A stretch of DNA of 64,000 nucleotides from NCBI GenBank assembly GCA_046045965.1, contig JBJOKS010000004.1, positions 96,001 through 160,000 of the forward strand, given 5' to 3'. Shown here in pieces: positions 42,566-54,222 of the stretch. Position 1 is the first letter of the stretch. Every line of letters starts with the position of its first letter. The translations under genes were made by a program, and so were the position numbers. Under the pieces are notes generated by a model. The model was not told the origin of the DNA and ran no database searches. It saw nothing but the letters and a program-made list of their open reading frames with translations. The DNA is from Cyanobacteriota bacterium. Its GTDB lineage: Bacteria; Cyanobacteriota; Cyanobacteriia; Cyanobacteriales; Nostocaceae.

Positions 42566-42787
42566 TTAATCTAAACCTTTTAATAACTCACTGGGTGACA
42601 TTCCCAGAGCCTGAGCAATACGAATAATATTTAACAAAGCAATATTCCTTTCACCACGTTCTACACCACCGATGTAGTTGCGATGTAGTCCTGACAATTC
42701 TGCTAACTGTTCCTGTGAAAGACCTTGTAATTTTCTAATGGTGCGAATGTGTTCACCAAATTTTTGAAGTTGAGAATTTTCTGTCAC
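42566..42787 (-). CDS. R-M controller (C) protein, XRE HTH
   Basis: GLSQEQLAELSGLHRNYIGGVERGERNI; 3 nt upstream of the endonuclease gene. Confidence 0.9.
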   Translation of the reverse strand: MTENSQLQKFGEHIRTIRKLQGLSQEQLAELSGLHRNYIGGVERGERNIALLNIIRIAQALGMSPSELLKGLD

Positions 42788-42810
42788 ATAAAAAACATAA
42801 TCTTGACTGG

Positions 42811-42838
42811 GATTTCTTTTCTACACACTATGAGTGTG
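42811..42838 (-). promoter_or_regulatory. Candidate C-box operator
   Basis: Minus strand CACACT-CAT-AGTGTG, with CACTCATAGTG-TGTA-GAAAAGAAATC resembling the PvuII-type C-box layout. Confidence 0.6.
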
Positions 42839-43007
42839 ATTTCTGTTAAAATATTTCCCAGATATGAATTGATATGTACGCTAAAAGGGGATCTTTGCTA
42901 TACAATGCAGCGAAAGTTCAATAAAAATAAGTTGTCATCAATTAGCTAATAGCTTGATTGATGATAGCTAAGAACGAATTAACAAAAGCGGATAAGGATT
43001 TCATATC

Positions 43008-44066
43008 ATGGGTAATTTAAGGCGCGTACCAGTTGGAATTGTTGGCGCGTCAGGTTATGGCGGAGTGCAGCTAGTTAGACTCCTGATGGATCATCCAGAA
43101 GTTGAACTGGTTTATTTAGGTGGTGAAAGCAGCGCCGGCAAAACATTTGCGGATCTCTACCCCCATTTGGGTAGTATAGTTAACTTAAAAATTGAAGCGG
43201 TAGATCCAGAAATCATTGCTAGTCGATGTGAAGTAGTCTTTCTTTCTCTTCCGAACGGTTTGGCTTGTGACATTGCGCCAAAACTGATAGAAAAAGGCTG
43301 CAAAGTGCTGGATTTGAGTGCTGACTATCGTTTCAGTGACTTGAAAACTTATACAACTTGGTATGGCACGAAAAGAACCGATGACACCGTTGCGGAAACA
43401 GCAGTTTATGGTTTACCAGAATTGTACCGCGATCGCATCGCCGAATCTAATTTGATTGGTTGTCCTGGTTGCTATCCCACAGCCAGCTTACTTGCACTTT
43501 CCCCACTCCTCAAACAAGGTTTAATTGTCCCAGAAACAGCGATAATTGATGCTAAATCTGGTACATCTGGTGGTGGTAGACAAGGTAAGATTAACCTGTT
43601 GTTAGCCGAAGCAGATAACTCTCTGGGTGCTTATAACGTCGCCCGTCACCGTCACACCCCAGAAATTGAGCAAATTTGCAGTGATTTAGCGGGACACGAA
43701 GTTACAGTGCAGTTTACGCCCCATTTAATCCCAATGGTGAGGGGAATATTAGCCACCGTTTACGCCACCTTGCGAGATCCCGGTTTAGTCCGTGATGATT
43801 TAATTACAATTTACACCGCATTTTACCGTAATTCCCCCTGGGTGAAAATTTGTAATAGTGGCACTTACCCCCAAACCAAATGGGCGTGTGGAAGTAATGT
43901 TTGCTATATAGGTATAGAAGTAGACCCCCGTACAGGGCGCGTCATCGTCATGTCAGCCATTGACAACCTCATTAAAGGTCAAGCTGGACAAGCCATACAA
44001 TGTATGAACATCATGATGGACTGGGATGAAACCTTGGGGTTGCCCAAAGTTGGGTTTTATCCATAG
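43008..44066 (+). CDS. argC: N-acetyl-gamma-glutamyl-phosphate reductase
   Basis: GASGYGG, PGCYPT and [11 protein letters not shown]. Confidence 0.98.
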   Translation: MGNLRRVPVGIVGASGYGGVQLVRLLMDHPEVELVYLGGESSAGKTFADLYPHLGSIVNLKIEAVDPEIIASRCEVVFLSLPNGLACDIAPKLIEKGCKVLDLSADYRFSDLKTYTTWYGTKRTDDTVAETAVYGLPELYRDRIAESNLIGCPGCYPTASLLALSPLLKQGLIVPETAIIDAKSGTSGGGRQGKINLLLAEADNSLGAYNVARHRHTPEIEQICSDLAGHEVTVQFTPHLIPMVRGILATVYATLRDPGLVRDDLITIYTAFYRNSPWVKICNSGTYPQTKWACGSNVCYIGIEVDPRTGRVIVMSAIDNLIKGQAGQAIQCMNIMMDWDETLGLPKVGFYP

Positions 44067-44195
44067 GAGGCAGGAGGCAGGAGGCAGAAGGCAGAAGAGA
44101 AGGCAAGAGAAGAGGCAAAAGTTAATATTCTCCCCCTGCTTCCCCTGCTTCCCCTGCTTCCCCTGCTTTCTTCACTGTCACCTGTCACCTGTCAC

Positions 44196-44198
<3 letters not shown>
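44066..44198. repeat. Cluster of short tandem repeats (GCAGGAG, TTCCCCTGC, CACCTGT) between convergent argC and eno
   Basis: Read directly. Confidence 0.85.
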
Positions 44199-45644
<1,446 letters not shown>

Positions 45645-45947
45645 CTATCAGTAATCAGCTTTTACATATAGTAAAAGTAATTTAATAGCAAGAATACAGA
45701 TTGTTGTCAAATTACACAAGTTTTAATGATGCTATGATTGTTAGGCGATAGTCTGTGATGCCCCTGCTCCGAAGAGTTGCGTAATCGTTGGTTCTGCCAT
45801 GTTGTTAAAAAGAGGTTTTTTATACTTTAATCCCCTTTCGACAATAATGAGAAGATTATGAGAAGATTGAAGACAAAAAATAGCCTAGATTTTTAAACCA
45901 AATAGGCAAAATCTAGGCAATAATAAATATTTGATTTCTGAAACATA

Positions 45948-46019
<72 letters not shown>

Positions 46020-46055
46020 ACACACGATTTCAAATTATAGCATATATTTACAAAA

Positions 46056-46325
46056 ATGGTAGACCCAAATCTCAAAAATCGCCTCAACCCTAAACAATAT
46101 GCCCACCTGAAAGCGGAAATAGCCGCCCCCTATCGGGGTTTAAGGCAATTTATCTATATTGGTGTTGGTGCTTCTGGTTTTATCGGCGCATTTGTATTTT
46201 TCTTTCAACTACTGGCTGGTAGGAACATTGACAGCACCTTACCGAACTTTGCACTGCAAGTAGGAATAGTTGCTCTGATGGTATTTCTGTGGAGATGGGA
46301 ACAAAACCGTCAAAAACGTTCCTAG
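46056..46325 (+). CDS. DUF3493-family small membrane protein
   Basis: LKAEIAAPYRGLRQFIY signature plus two TM helices. Confidence 0.8.
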   Translation: MVDPNLKNRLNPKQYAHLKAEIAAPYRGLRQFIYIGVGASGFIGAFVFFFQLLAGRNIDSTLPNFALQVGIVALMVFLWRWEQNRQKRS

Positions 46326-46396
46326 CTACATCATAATCAAAAATGGGTAGAAGGCAGGAGTAAAGATATACATTCTTCTTTCCCTGTTCTCTGTAA

Positions 46397-47578
46397 TTAT
46401 GAATTACGTGGTGTATATTTTTGACGATTATATATGGCAAAACCTAAAACTAAAAATGTTAGCACTCCTGCTAAATATAAAGGATAGCCATAAGTTATCG
46501 GCTGAGATTGCTGTACAATCATACCAGCAATTACAGGACCAATACCATTAGAAATACTTAAATAAGAAGCATTCAATCCTAATGCAGTTCCCTGTTCTTC
46601 AGCTTTAGCATTGAGAGAAATTAAAGTGCTAATCATCGGTTGTACGAGAGAATTAAATATTGAAAATAATATACTAACTATGACAAAATAATTAATGTTA
46701 GCCCAAACTGGCATTAATAAAAATGATAAACTACGGAAAAATAAACCTAAAAATAATATCTTGACTAGATCAAATTTTCCTTTGAGGATAGAAATTCCCC
46801 AAATTTGCATAATTACTCCCAGCGTTCCAAAAGTTAAAAATAGAAGAGTTAAAGATTGGCTATTTTGATTCAAAACTTTGATAAAGTAAGGTTGAAAAGC
46901 ATAGGTAAACATTGTAAATGTTGTCCCAGTCAAAAAATTAATTAATAGTAAAATCCCAACTCCTGGCATTGCTAACCCTTTAATTAAATTCCCTAAACCT
47001 AAATCAAAGATATTTTTAGGTTTTTGTGCCTGTTTTTGCAGAGTTTCTGGTAAAAATAAAATTGTCATTAACAAAGCAACAAAGGCAACTCCACCAGAAG
47101 CTACAAAAGCAGCCCCTAAAGAAATCTGCTGTGCAAATAAACTCGTAGCTGGTCCTAAAACAAATCCTAACCCCATTGCTGCGCCATAAATACCAAATGC
47201 CTGGGCGCGTTTTTGGGGAATAGTGATATCAGAAATAACTGCTTGAGCAACGGACGCATTACCACCCGTGATACCATCTAAGAATCTGGCAAAAAATAGC
47301 ACCCAAGCTGTTGTTGCAGTTCCCGCTATGAAGTTAGCAATCACAGTACCAGCTAAACTGATAATTAGTAAAGGTTTACGCCCAAATCTATCAGATAATT
47401 TACCTATGACGGGGGTTGCGAAAAACTGGGCTATGGAGTAAATAGAAAATAATAAACTGGTTTGAAAATCGGTCAGACCAAATTGTTTACCATAAAGATA
47501 GATAATGGGAATTAAAATTGTAAAACTGAGGGAGTTAACAAAGGCAATTAACGCAGTAATCCAAAAATTACGATTCAT
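46397..47578 (-). CDS. MFS transporter (TetA/DHA1-like)
   Basis: GKLSDRFGRKP motif A and ARFLDGITGG. Confidence 0.93.
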   Translation of the reverse strand: MNRNFWITALIAFVNSLSFTILIPIIYLYGKQFGLTDFQTSLLFSIYSIAQFFATPVIGKLSDRFGRKPLLIISLAGTVIANFIAGTATTAWVLFFARFLDGITGGNASVAQAVISDITIPQKRAQAFGIYGAAMGLGFVLGPATSLFAQQISLGAAFVASGGVAFVALLMTILFLPETLQKQAQKPKNIFDLGLGNLIKGLAMPGVGILLLINFLTGTTFTMFTYAFQPYFIKVLNQNSQSLTLLFLTFGTLGVIMQIWGISILKGKFDLVKILFLGLFFRSLSFLLMPVWANINYFVIVSILFSIFNSLVQPMISTLISLNAKAEEQGTALGLNASYLSISNGIGPVIAGMIVQQSQPITYGYPLYLAGVLTFLVLGFAIYNRQKYTPRNS

Positions 47579-47665
47579 GAATAATAAATAGCTAATAAGT
47601 TTTTGCTTGATGACGGCATTCAACTTTAGTCATACTACCATTTACTATACTTTTATTTAATACCT

Positions 47666-48583
47666 ATGACATTTAGATTCAAGAGACTTTCAAAAAAGCA
47701 AAAACAGCGGCTCATTCCACGAGTTCATATCAAGATCAAAAATGGACAATTTGAAGTTAGGGGTATGGGTGCATGGTATTCATACTGGCGTGATCCTTAC
47801 CATTTACTACTAACAATTCCCTGGACAGGCTTCTTGATACTTATTTGTGTTTTTTATGTAGCGATTAATATTATATTTGCTTTAGCTTACTTACTTGGTG
47901 GAGATTGTATCGCTAATGCTCAACCAGGCTCTTTTGCAGATGCCTTTTTCTTTAGCGTGCAAACCTTGGCATCTATTGGATATGGTGCAATGTTTCCAAA
48001 AACAATGTATGCCAATATCATAGTTACCATTGAAGCGATTATTGGTTTAATGGGAATTGCATTAATGACGGGATTAGCCTTTGCGCGGTTTTCCCGACCT
48101 ACAGCCCGTGTGATGTTTAGCAATGTAGCTGTAATTACACCACATCAAGAAGTACCAACACTGATGTTTCGCACCGCTAACCAGCGCCGCAATATGATTT
48201 TAGAGGCACAAATGCGGGTGTATTTAATGCGTGACGAAGTAACAGATGAAGGTGAATCTATGCGTCGGATCTATGATTTACCACTTATACGTTATCAGAC
48301 ACCGAGCTTTTCTTTATCCTGGTCAGTTATGCACACCATTGATGAATCCAGCCCTTTGTATGGGATGACACCAGAATTACTAATCAAGACACATTCTTCA
48401 CTGATTGTATCTCTAAGTGGCATTGATGAAACAGTATCACAGGTAGTCCATGCCCGTCATACTTATGGACCTAAAGATATTTTGTGGAATAGTAGATTTG
48501 TTGATATAATCCACCACACTCCTGATGGACATCGCTATTTTGATTACAACCATTTTCACGATGTTTTACCGTTGGAGAATTAA
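47666..48583 (+). CDS. Inward-rectifier potassium channel (KirBac-like)
   Basis: AFFFSVQTLASIGYG pore, FARFSRP and PTLMFR. Confidence 0.93.
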   Translation: MTFRFKRLSKKQKQRLIPRVHIKIKNGQFEVRGMGAWYSYWRDPYHLLLTIPWTGFLILICVFYVAINIIFALAYLLGGDCIANAQPGSFADAFFFSVQTLASIGYGAMFPKTMYANIIVTIEAIIGLMGIALMTGLAFARFSRPTARVMFSNVAVITPHQEVPTLMFRTANQRRNMILEAQMRVYLMRDEVTDEGESMRRIYDLPLIRYQTPSFSLSWSVMHTIDESSPLYGMTPELLIKTHSSLIVSLSGIDETVSQVVHARHTYGPKDILWNSRFVDIIHHTPDGHRYFDYNHFHDVLPLEN

Positions 48584-48647
48584 GGTAGGAAGTAGAAAGA
48601 AAAAATTACCAATTAGCAATTAGCAATTACCAATTACCCAAAAAATT

Positions 48648-48680
48648 AACCGCCTATCCCCAAGAGACAGGCGGTTTTTT
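48648..48680 (+). terminator. Intrinsic terminator between the convergent Kir and psbJ genes
   Basis: AACCGCCT...AGGCGGTT hairpin followed by a T run. Confidence 0.75.
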
Positions 48681-48719
48681 AATGTTGCTTTTTAAACAAA
48701 AATTCGGATCAGGTTCTGA

Positions 48720-48839
48720 TTACAATGAAGAACCGATTCCGGCGTAGGCTCCATAAAAGAAAATACCTACAACAGTAATTACACCTAAACCTGCGATTGT
48801 AGCGACAACCCACAGGGGAATTCTCCCACTTCCAGACAC
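48720..48839 (-). CDS. psbJ: Photosystem II protein J
   Basis: Manual translation [39 protein letters not shown] (GTG start). Confidence 0.97.
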   Translation of the reverse strand: MSGSGRIPLWVVATIAGLGVITVVGIFFYGAYAGIGSSL

Positions 48840-48892
48840 AGTTTTTTCCTCGCTTACAAACAAATCAACAGAATTGAACGATCAGGTTCCAG

Positions 48893-49012
48893 TTAGTTAA
48901 AGAAATAACTGGAGAACAGAATACCTAGAACGAAAATCAATAGTAGTCCCAGGTACAAAGAAGTACGGTTTAATTCAACCGGTTGTTGATTAGGATTCGG
49001 TGATCTTTCCAT
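48893..49012 (-). CDS. psbL: Photosystem II protein L
   Basis: Manual translation [39 protein letters not shown]. Confidence 0.97.
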   Translation of the reverse strand: MERSPNPNQQPVELNRTSLYLGLLLIFVLGILFSSYFFN

Positions 49013-49021
49013 TACTTACTC

Positions 49022-49159
49022 CTAGCGTTGAATAAACTGCATTGCGGCGATCGCGCCCAAAAAGAAGACTGTTGGCACACCTAAAGTGTGAACTGCCAGC
49101 CATCTAACTGTAAAAATTGGATAGGTAACAGGTTGATTGACGTTATTGCCAGTAGCCAT
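49022..49159 (-). CDS. psbF: Cytochrome b559 beta subunit
   Basis: Manual translation ...[33 protein letters not shown]. Confidence 0.98.
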   Translation of the reverse strand: MATGNNVNQPVTYPIFTVRWLAVHTLGVPTVFFLGAIAAMQFIQR

Positions 49160-49168
49160 GATCTCAAA

Positions 49169-49417
49169 TTATTTTCCGATAAATGTTTCTACTTGTTTCT
49201 TAGCTTCGTAACGGTTGCTGACGATTGGCACTTCTTGCCGTACCTGTGTGAAATATTCATTAGGACGGGGTGTGCCAAACGCATCATAAGCCAGTCCGGT
49301 GCTGACAAATAGCCAACCAGCCACAAATAAAGCTGGGATGGTGATGCTGTGAATGACCCAGTAACGAATACTGGTAACGATGTCCGAAAATGGACGCTCT
49401 CCAGTGGTACCTGACAT
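49169..49417 (-). CDS. psbE: Cytochrome b559 alpha subunit
   Basis: [23 protein letters not shown]. Confidence 0.99.
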   Translation of the reverse strand: MSGTTGERPFSDIVTSIRYWVIHSITIPALFVAGWLFVSTGLAYDAFGTPRPNEYFTQVRQEVPIVSNRYEAKKQVETFIGK

Positions 49418-49537
49418 TTAGATAACTACCTTCGCAAAAACTACTATTGAGTCTATTATCCTACAAAGTTTAGAAAGAGTTACAAGTTGCAACGTTCTTC
49501 TCAGAAAAGGTTATCATCTCTTAACGCACTTACTTAA

Positions 49538-50560
49538 CTAAGTGGCCTCAGATGAAGAAGCTGTTTGAGCTTCGGGGTTATATTTGAGCAAAACGCCGTG
49601 ATCGCTAATGATAAAACCTTGATCAGCGTTAAAAAACACGATCTTGTAAAAATTAGCGGCCACTTCTTCCACTTCACGGTCTTTTTCCCAGGTTTGACCC
49701 CCATCGGTACTGCGTAGCAAGTTACCGCTACCACCACCAATCCAGATTTCATCTGGTGTGCGATAGGCTAAATCTAGTAAACCCCAACTAGTAGCCAACT
49801 CTGGATATTCTACCTCTAACCACTCATCTGGTTTAGCTGGATCATTAAATTGAACTTGACCACCTCTGGCTAACAACCACAACTGGCCATTATCAGCAAA
49901 ACCCATATTTTCCAAACGCCGGGAACTGTTGCGGTTGTGGGGTTCCCAAGCATTTTGTCCTGGCTCCCAAACTGAGTAAAAGCTACCTTTAGCGGAAACA
50001 GCAATATACTTGCCATCGGGCGATCGCTCTAAGTTACGCACCACACCCACAGCGTTTTCTACTTGGGCTTTCCAGTTTTTACCACCATCTGTAGTTTTAT
50101 AGATAGCTCCCACATCAGTAGCCATTTCTGCTGTATTTTCACCCAGTGCGGTAATTAAAATGGGGCTACCAGGTAACTTTTCATTCAAAGGCAAGCTAGA
50201 CCAAGATTTACCTTCATCAGTAGTATGTAGCAACAAAGAAGGTTCTCCAGCTATCCAACCTTCTTTACCAGCAAAACTTACTGAGTCAAATCGAGATTTT
50301 GGATCTTCAACTGCCAATTGTAGGGGTTGCCAAGTATTTCCACCATCATTAGTTTCTAGCAGGGTAGCATTACTACCAACTAAATAACCGTGTTTGGGGT
50401 TCTCAGTAAAAGCAATATCGAACAGTTTCGCCTCTGTTGGCACATTAATAACTTGCCAGGGATTATAGCTAACGGAAGGAACTTTGCTACAACCTATACA
50501 GGCTAGGACTACTATGAACGCGGCAAAGATTCCTTGCCACCTTTTTACAATTGAACGCAT
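49538..50560 (-). CDS. ycf48: PSII assembly factor Ycf48/Hcf136
   Basis: Lipoprotein signal, TxDGGxxW repeats, position between rubA and psbE. Confidence 0.96.
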   Translation of the reverse strand: MRSIVKRWQGIFAAFIVVLACIGCSKVPSVSYNPWQVINVPTEAKLFDIAFTENPKHGYLVGSNATLLETNDGGNTWQPLQLAVEDPKSRFDSVSFAGKEGWIAGEPSLLLHTTDEGKSWSSLPLNEKLPGSPILITALGENTAEMATDVGAIYKTTDGGKNWKAQVENAVGVVRNLERSPDGKYIAVSAKGSFYSVWEPGQNAWEPHNRNSSRRLENMGFADNGQLWLLARGGQVQFNDPAKPDEWLEVEYPELATSWGLLDLAYRTPDEIWIGGGSGNLLRSTDGGQTWEKDREVEEVAANFYKIVFFNADQGFIISDHGVLLKYNPEAQTASSSEAT

Positions 50561-50667
50561 CAGTATTTCTTAGTTATTTCTAAATTTGAATTAAGGGAAC
50601 AGGGAACAAGGAACAGGGAACAGCTAGAAATCTTTCCTCCCCATCACCCCAACTCCCAAAGGGGATG

Positions 50668-51012
50668 TTATTGTAAGCCGTAAAGACTGATAAAAAACAA
50701 GAAGCCAAGTGCCAAAGCACCGAAAATCAAAATGTTCTTTTGGGTTGGTGTGAGTTTATTTACACCCAATCCGTAACCTAAGTTTTCTTTGAAACCAGAT
50801 GCCGTACCCGCAGGACCGATGTTAGCAAAAGCTACCTTTTTGGCGCTACAAACTGGACAACGCCAATTTACAGGCAATTCTGCAAAAGCCGTCCCAGCAG
50901 GGATATCATATTTGCCGTCTCCCTTCTCAGGTTCATAAACATAACCACAGGCGCGACACTCATAGCGGTCTAACTCCTGAGTATCAAGAGCTTCTTCAGC
51001 TTGTTCGCTCAT
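50668..51012 (-). CDS. rubA: Membrane-anchored rubredoxin A
   Basis: CRACGYVY and WRCPVC motifs plus a C-terminal TM helix. Confidence 0.96.
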   Translation of the reverse strand: MSEQAEEALDTQELDRYECRACGYVYEPEKGDGKYDIPAGTAFAELPVNWRCPVCSAKKVAFANIGPAGTASGFKENLGYGLGVNKLTPTQKNILIFGALALGFLFFISLYGLQ

Positions 51013-51207
51013 CGTTGGGTCCTCCTAGAGAGGAAATCTTAAAGATACGTTACAAATTATGACATAATTGTTAGACTTTTCTATCACTCCCCAAAACGAA
51101 TCAAATACCCTCAGTCCATCTGTTTCCCAGATTTCAGAAAACTCTAAAAGATATAATGTAAAAGAAAGTCACAGCTTTATTTCCACCATCAGCGGTAGAT
51201 ATCCATT

Positions 51208-51570
51208 GTGTTTGTCCTTAACGGTTACGAATATCTTCTAGGCTTCTTCCTCCTCTGTAGCCTAGTACCAGCCCTGGCGCTTTCAGCGTCCAAACTCCTC
51301 AGACCTAGTAGCTACAGCCCTGAACGGCGCACCACCTATGAATCCGGTATGGAACCCATTGGCGGAGCCTGGATTCAGTTCAATATTCGCTACTATATGT
51401 TTGCCTTAGTCTTTGTCGTTTTTGACGTAGAGACTGTTTTTTTGTACCCTTGGGCGGTAGCTTTCCACCGTTTGGGTTTATTGGCGTTTATTGAAGCCTT
51501 GATTTTTATTGCGATTCTTGTAATCGCTTTAGTTTACGCATGGCGTAAAGGAGCATTGGAATGGTCTTGA
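51208..51570 (+). CDS. ndhC: NDH-1 subunit 3
   Basis: TTYESGMEP and FVVFDVE. Confidence 0.98.
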   Translation: MFVLNGYEYLLGFFLLCSLVPALALSASKLLRPSSYSPERRTTYESGMEPIGGAWIQFNIRYYMFALVFVVFDVETVFLYPWAVAFHRLGLLAFIEALIFIAILVIALVYAWRKGALEWS

Positions 51571-52295
51571 ATTCTAATATAACCACCCAGGACAAAGAGC
51601 GAATTATTAACCCCATTGAGCGTCCTACAGTTACTCAAGAACTGTCAGAAAACGTGATTTTAACCACCGTTGATGACCTCTACAACTGGGCGCGGCTTTC
51701 TAGTTTGTGGCCTTTGCTGTTTGGTACAGCTTGCTGCTTCATTGAATTTGCGGCTTTAATCGGCTCTCGTTTCGACTTTGACCGTTTTGGGCTAATTCCT
51801 CGTTCTAGCCCCCGTCAAGCTGATTTAATCATCACTGCTGGCACAATTACCATGAAGATGGCTCCTCAATTGGTGCGTCTTTATGAACAAATGCCCGAAC
51901 CTAAGTATGTAATTGCTATGGGTGCTTGTACAATTACCGGGGGTATGTTCAGCGTTGACTCTCCCAGTGCAGTGCGCGGAGTTGATAAGCTGATTCCTGT
52001 AGATGTGTACTTACCCGGATGTCCTCCCCGTCCAGAAGCGATTATTGATGCAATTATTAAATTGCGGAAAAAAATTGCTAATGATTCGATGCAAGAACGG
52101 GGTCAAATCAAGCAAACCCACCGCTACTACAGTACAGCTCACAGTATGAAGCCAGTTCCCGAAATTTTAACTGGTAAGTATTTACAATCAGAGACTCGCT
52201 ACAATCCGCCTAAAGAATTGACAGAAGCAATTGGTCTACCTGTACCCCCAGCATTGCTGACATCTAAGACAAAGGAGGAAGAAAAGCGTGGCTGA
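51561..52295 (+). CDS. ndhK: NDH-1 subunit K
   Basis: GTACCFIE and [10 protein letters not shown]. Confidence 0.98.
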   Translation: MVLNSNITTQDKERIINPIERPTVTQELSENVILTTVDDLYNWARLSSLWPLLFGTACCFIEFAALIGSRFDFDRFGLIPRSSPRQADLIITAGTITMKMAPQLVRLYEQMPEPKYVIAMGACTITGGMFSVDSPSAVRGVDKLIPVDVYLPGCPPRPEAIIDAIIKLRKKIANDSMQERGQIKQTHRYYSTAHSMKPVPEILTGKYLQSETRYNPPKELTEAIGLPVPPALLTSKTKEEEKRG

Positions 52296-52791
52296 TGAAG
52301 AATCTAAATTAGTTCCTGCGGGTCAGGTTTCCCAGTGGTTAAGTGAAAATGGTTTTGACCATGAATCTTTGAACCCTGATGTTAATGGTGTAGAAATTAT
52401 TAAGGTTGCACCTGAGTTTTTACTTCCTACCGCTACCGCTTTGTATGCTTACGGGTTTAATTATCTCCAATTTCAAGGAGGTATTGATTTAGGTCCAGGA
52501 CAGGATTTAGTTAGTGTTTATCACTTGGTAAAGGTGAGTGATAATGCTGATAAGCCTGAAGAGGTGCGAATTAAGGTGTTCTTACCTAGAGAAAATCCGG
52601 TTGTTCCTTCAGTTTACTGGATTTGGCGCACTGCTGACTGGCAAGAGCGTGAGTCCTACGATATGTTTGGGATTATCTATGAAGGTCATCCTAATTTGAA
52701 GCGGATTTTGATGCCGGAAGATTGGGTAGGTTGGCCTTTACGTAAGGATTACATCTCGCCTGATTTCTATGAGTTGCAAGATGCTTATTAG
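52288..52791 (+). CDS. ndhJ: NDH-1 subunit J
   Basis: [12 protein letters not shown] and GWPLRKDY. Confidence 0.98.
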   Translation: MADEESKLVPAGQVSQWLSENGFDHESLNPDVNGVEIIKVAPEFLLPTATALYAYGFNYLQFQGGIDLGPGQDLVSVYHLVKVSDNADKPEEVRIKVFLPRENPVVPSVYWIWRTADWQERESYDMFGIIYEGHPNLKRILMPEDWVGWPLRKDYISPDFYELQDAY

Positions 52792-52959
52792 GTAGTGCTG
52801 ATTTGTGGTTTACCCCTTTCCAATGGTGGAGAGGGGTATTGTTTTTAACGAACCACAGAGGCACGGAGAACAAGGAGAAATGAGGGGTTATACTTGTGTT
52901 TCGCGCAAAGACGCTAAGGAGCAAAGGCGCGAAGTTTTTGAGGTATATTTTTAGATTAG

Positions 52960-53106
52960 ATCAGCAAGTTTAAAGTTTTAGATAATATCGCCACTCTCAA
53001 GCCTATACCAGTTGAGCGGTTAACCCTGGTAGAAGAAGATTATACTTCTATTTCAAGTTTACCAAATGGGCAAGTTGGAACAATTAAAATGTCTACAGGA
53101 CGGTAA
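52960..53106 (+). pseudogene. DUF4926-like relic
   Basis: Manual translation (I)SKFKVLDNIATLKPIPVERLTLVEEDYTSISSLPNGQVGTI, then frameshift and stop; ATC where ATG is expected. Confidence 0.55.
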
Positions 53107-53174
53107 ATTATATATAGATTAAAAATATCAATGGTGCGTTACCTACAGCATAACGCACCCTACAAATTTAAACT

Positions 53175-53414
53175 TTACATTCTTCCTTGTGCCATTACTT
53201 GTTGCAGATGTTGACGAATTTCGTGCGCTTCATCAATTTCTGATTGACGCAACTTTTCAAACAGTTCTACACAAGGTTGAGAATTTGCTTCTTGTGCATC
53301 TTGAATGTAACGTTCATACGCTTGCACTGCTGTGGCTTTGTTGTGCAGTACGGTAATAAAATCGTACTCTAAATTACTAATTGGTTCTTGAGTTTTTGTC
53401 TTGGTAGTAGTCAT
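53175..53414 (-). CDS. Small two-helix (half ferritin-like) hypothetical protein
   Basis: AAAGGAG RBS; SNLEYD...AYERYIQDA pattern. Confidence 0.8.
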   Translation of the reverse strand: MTTTKTKTQEPISNLEYDFITVLHNKATAVQAYERYIQDAQEANSQPCVELFEKLRQSEIDEAHEIRQHLQQVMAQGRM

Positions 53415-53592
53415 TATTTTTTGCTCCTTTACTTTTAAGTATTTATTTAATTTATACGCACTCTCAAAGTTTGATTCATCTACCTACAAGTGGACAAAAA
53501 ATATCAATTTTGCTACAAAAGATAGATCCCCAACTTCTTTAAGAAGTCTGGGATCTGGGTATGATTTTTATTTCTACCCATTGGCTTATTTA

Positions 53593-54141
53593 CTATGACA
53601 TAGGCTGGTTTTGCTCACATTTATCTGAATACTGAAATTCCAAATCATTTTGTATTTCTTTCCGTCCTTGATGTACGATAGGACAATATTTTGTGTTTGC
53701 ACTCATACAGTCCATGTGGGGTGTTTTCGCACATACTAATAATAGTCCACCCAAAATGAATAATAAACCACACATCGCTGCTGTTTGTGTACCGGAAATA
53801 TCTAACGCACCATGAACTACTACTTCCCGCAGTACGGAAACAATTGCCACTTCGACTGCTACACCAACAGAAATACTATGTTCTTGTAAGTAGACCATTA
53901 GTAGTCGAAATAACTCTACTAGAATCAAAACAAATAGCATTTTGGATGTCAATTCTTTGTAGCCTAGTGACTGGGTGATGGCAATAAATATACCCCACAA
54001 CTGTATCAACATAACTGCAAACAAAGCTAAACACAAGACAATCACAATCAGGTCTTGAAAAGCCTCCATGTTACGAACAATTGTATGGCGATCTAACCAG
54101 CGATCGCAAAATAAAAATCTACTCTTGAAGCGTTTTTGCAT
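53593..54141 (-). CDS. PsiE-family membrane protein
   Basis: LFVLILVELFRLL and AIVSVLREVV. Confidence 0.85.
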   Translation of the reverse strand: MQKRFKSRFLFCDRWLDRHTIVRNMEAFQDLIVIVLCLALFAVMLIQLWGIFIAITQSLGYKELTSKMLFVLILVELFRLLMVYLQEHSISVGVAVEVAIVSVLREVVVHGALDISGTQTAAMCGLLFILGGLLLVCAKTPHMDCMSANTKYCPIVHQGRKEIQNDLEFQYSDKCEQNQPMS

Positions 54142-54222
54142 GACTATTCACATTCCAATGGCAGTTTAGACCACACGTTTAACCCCTTTTTCTTATTGTT
54201 ACTTAATATTAATGCTTATGCC

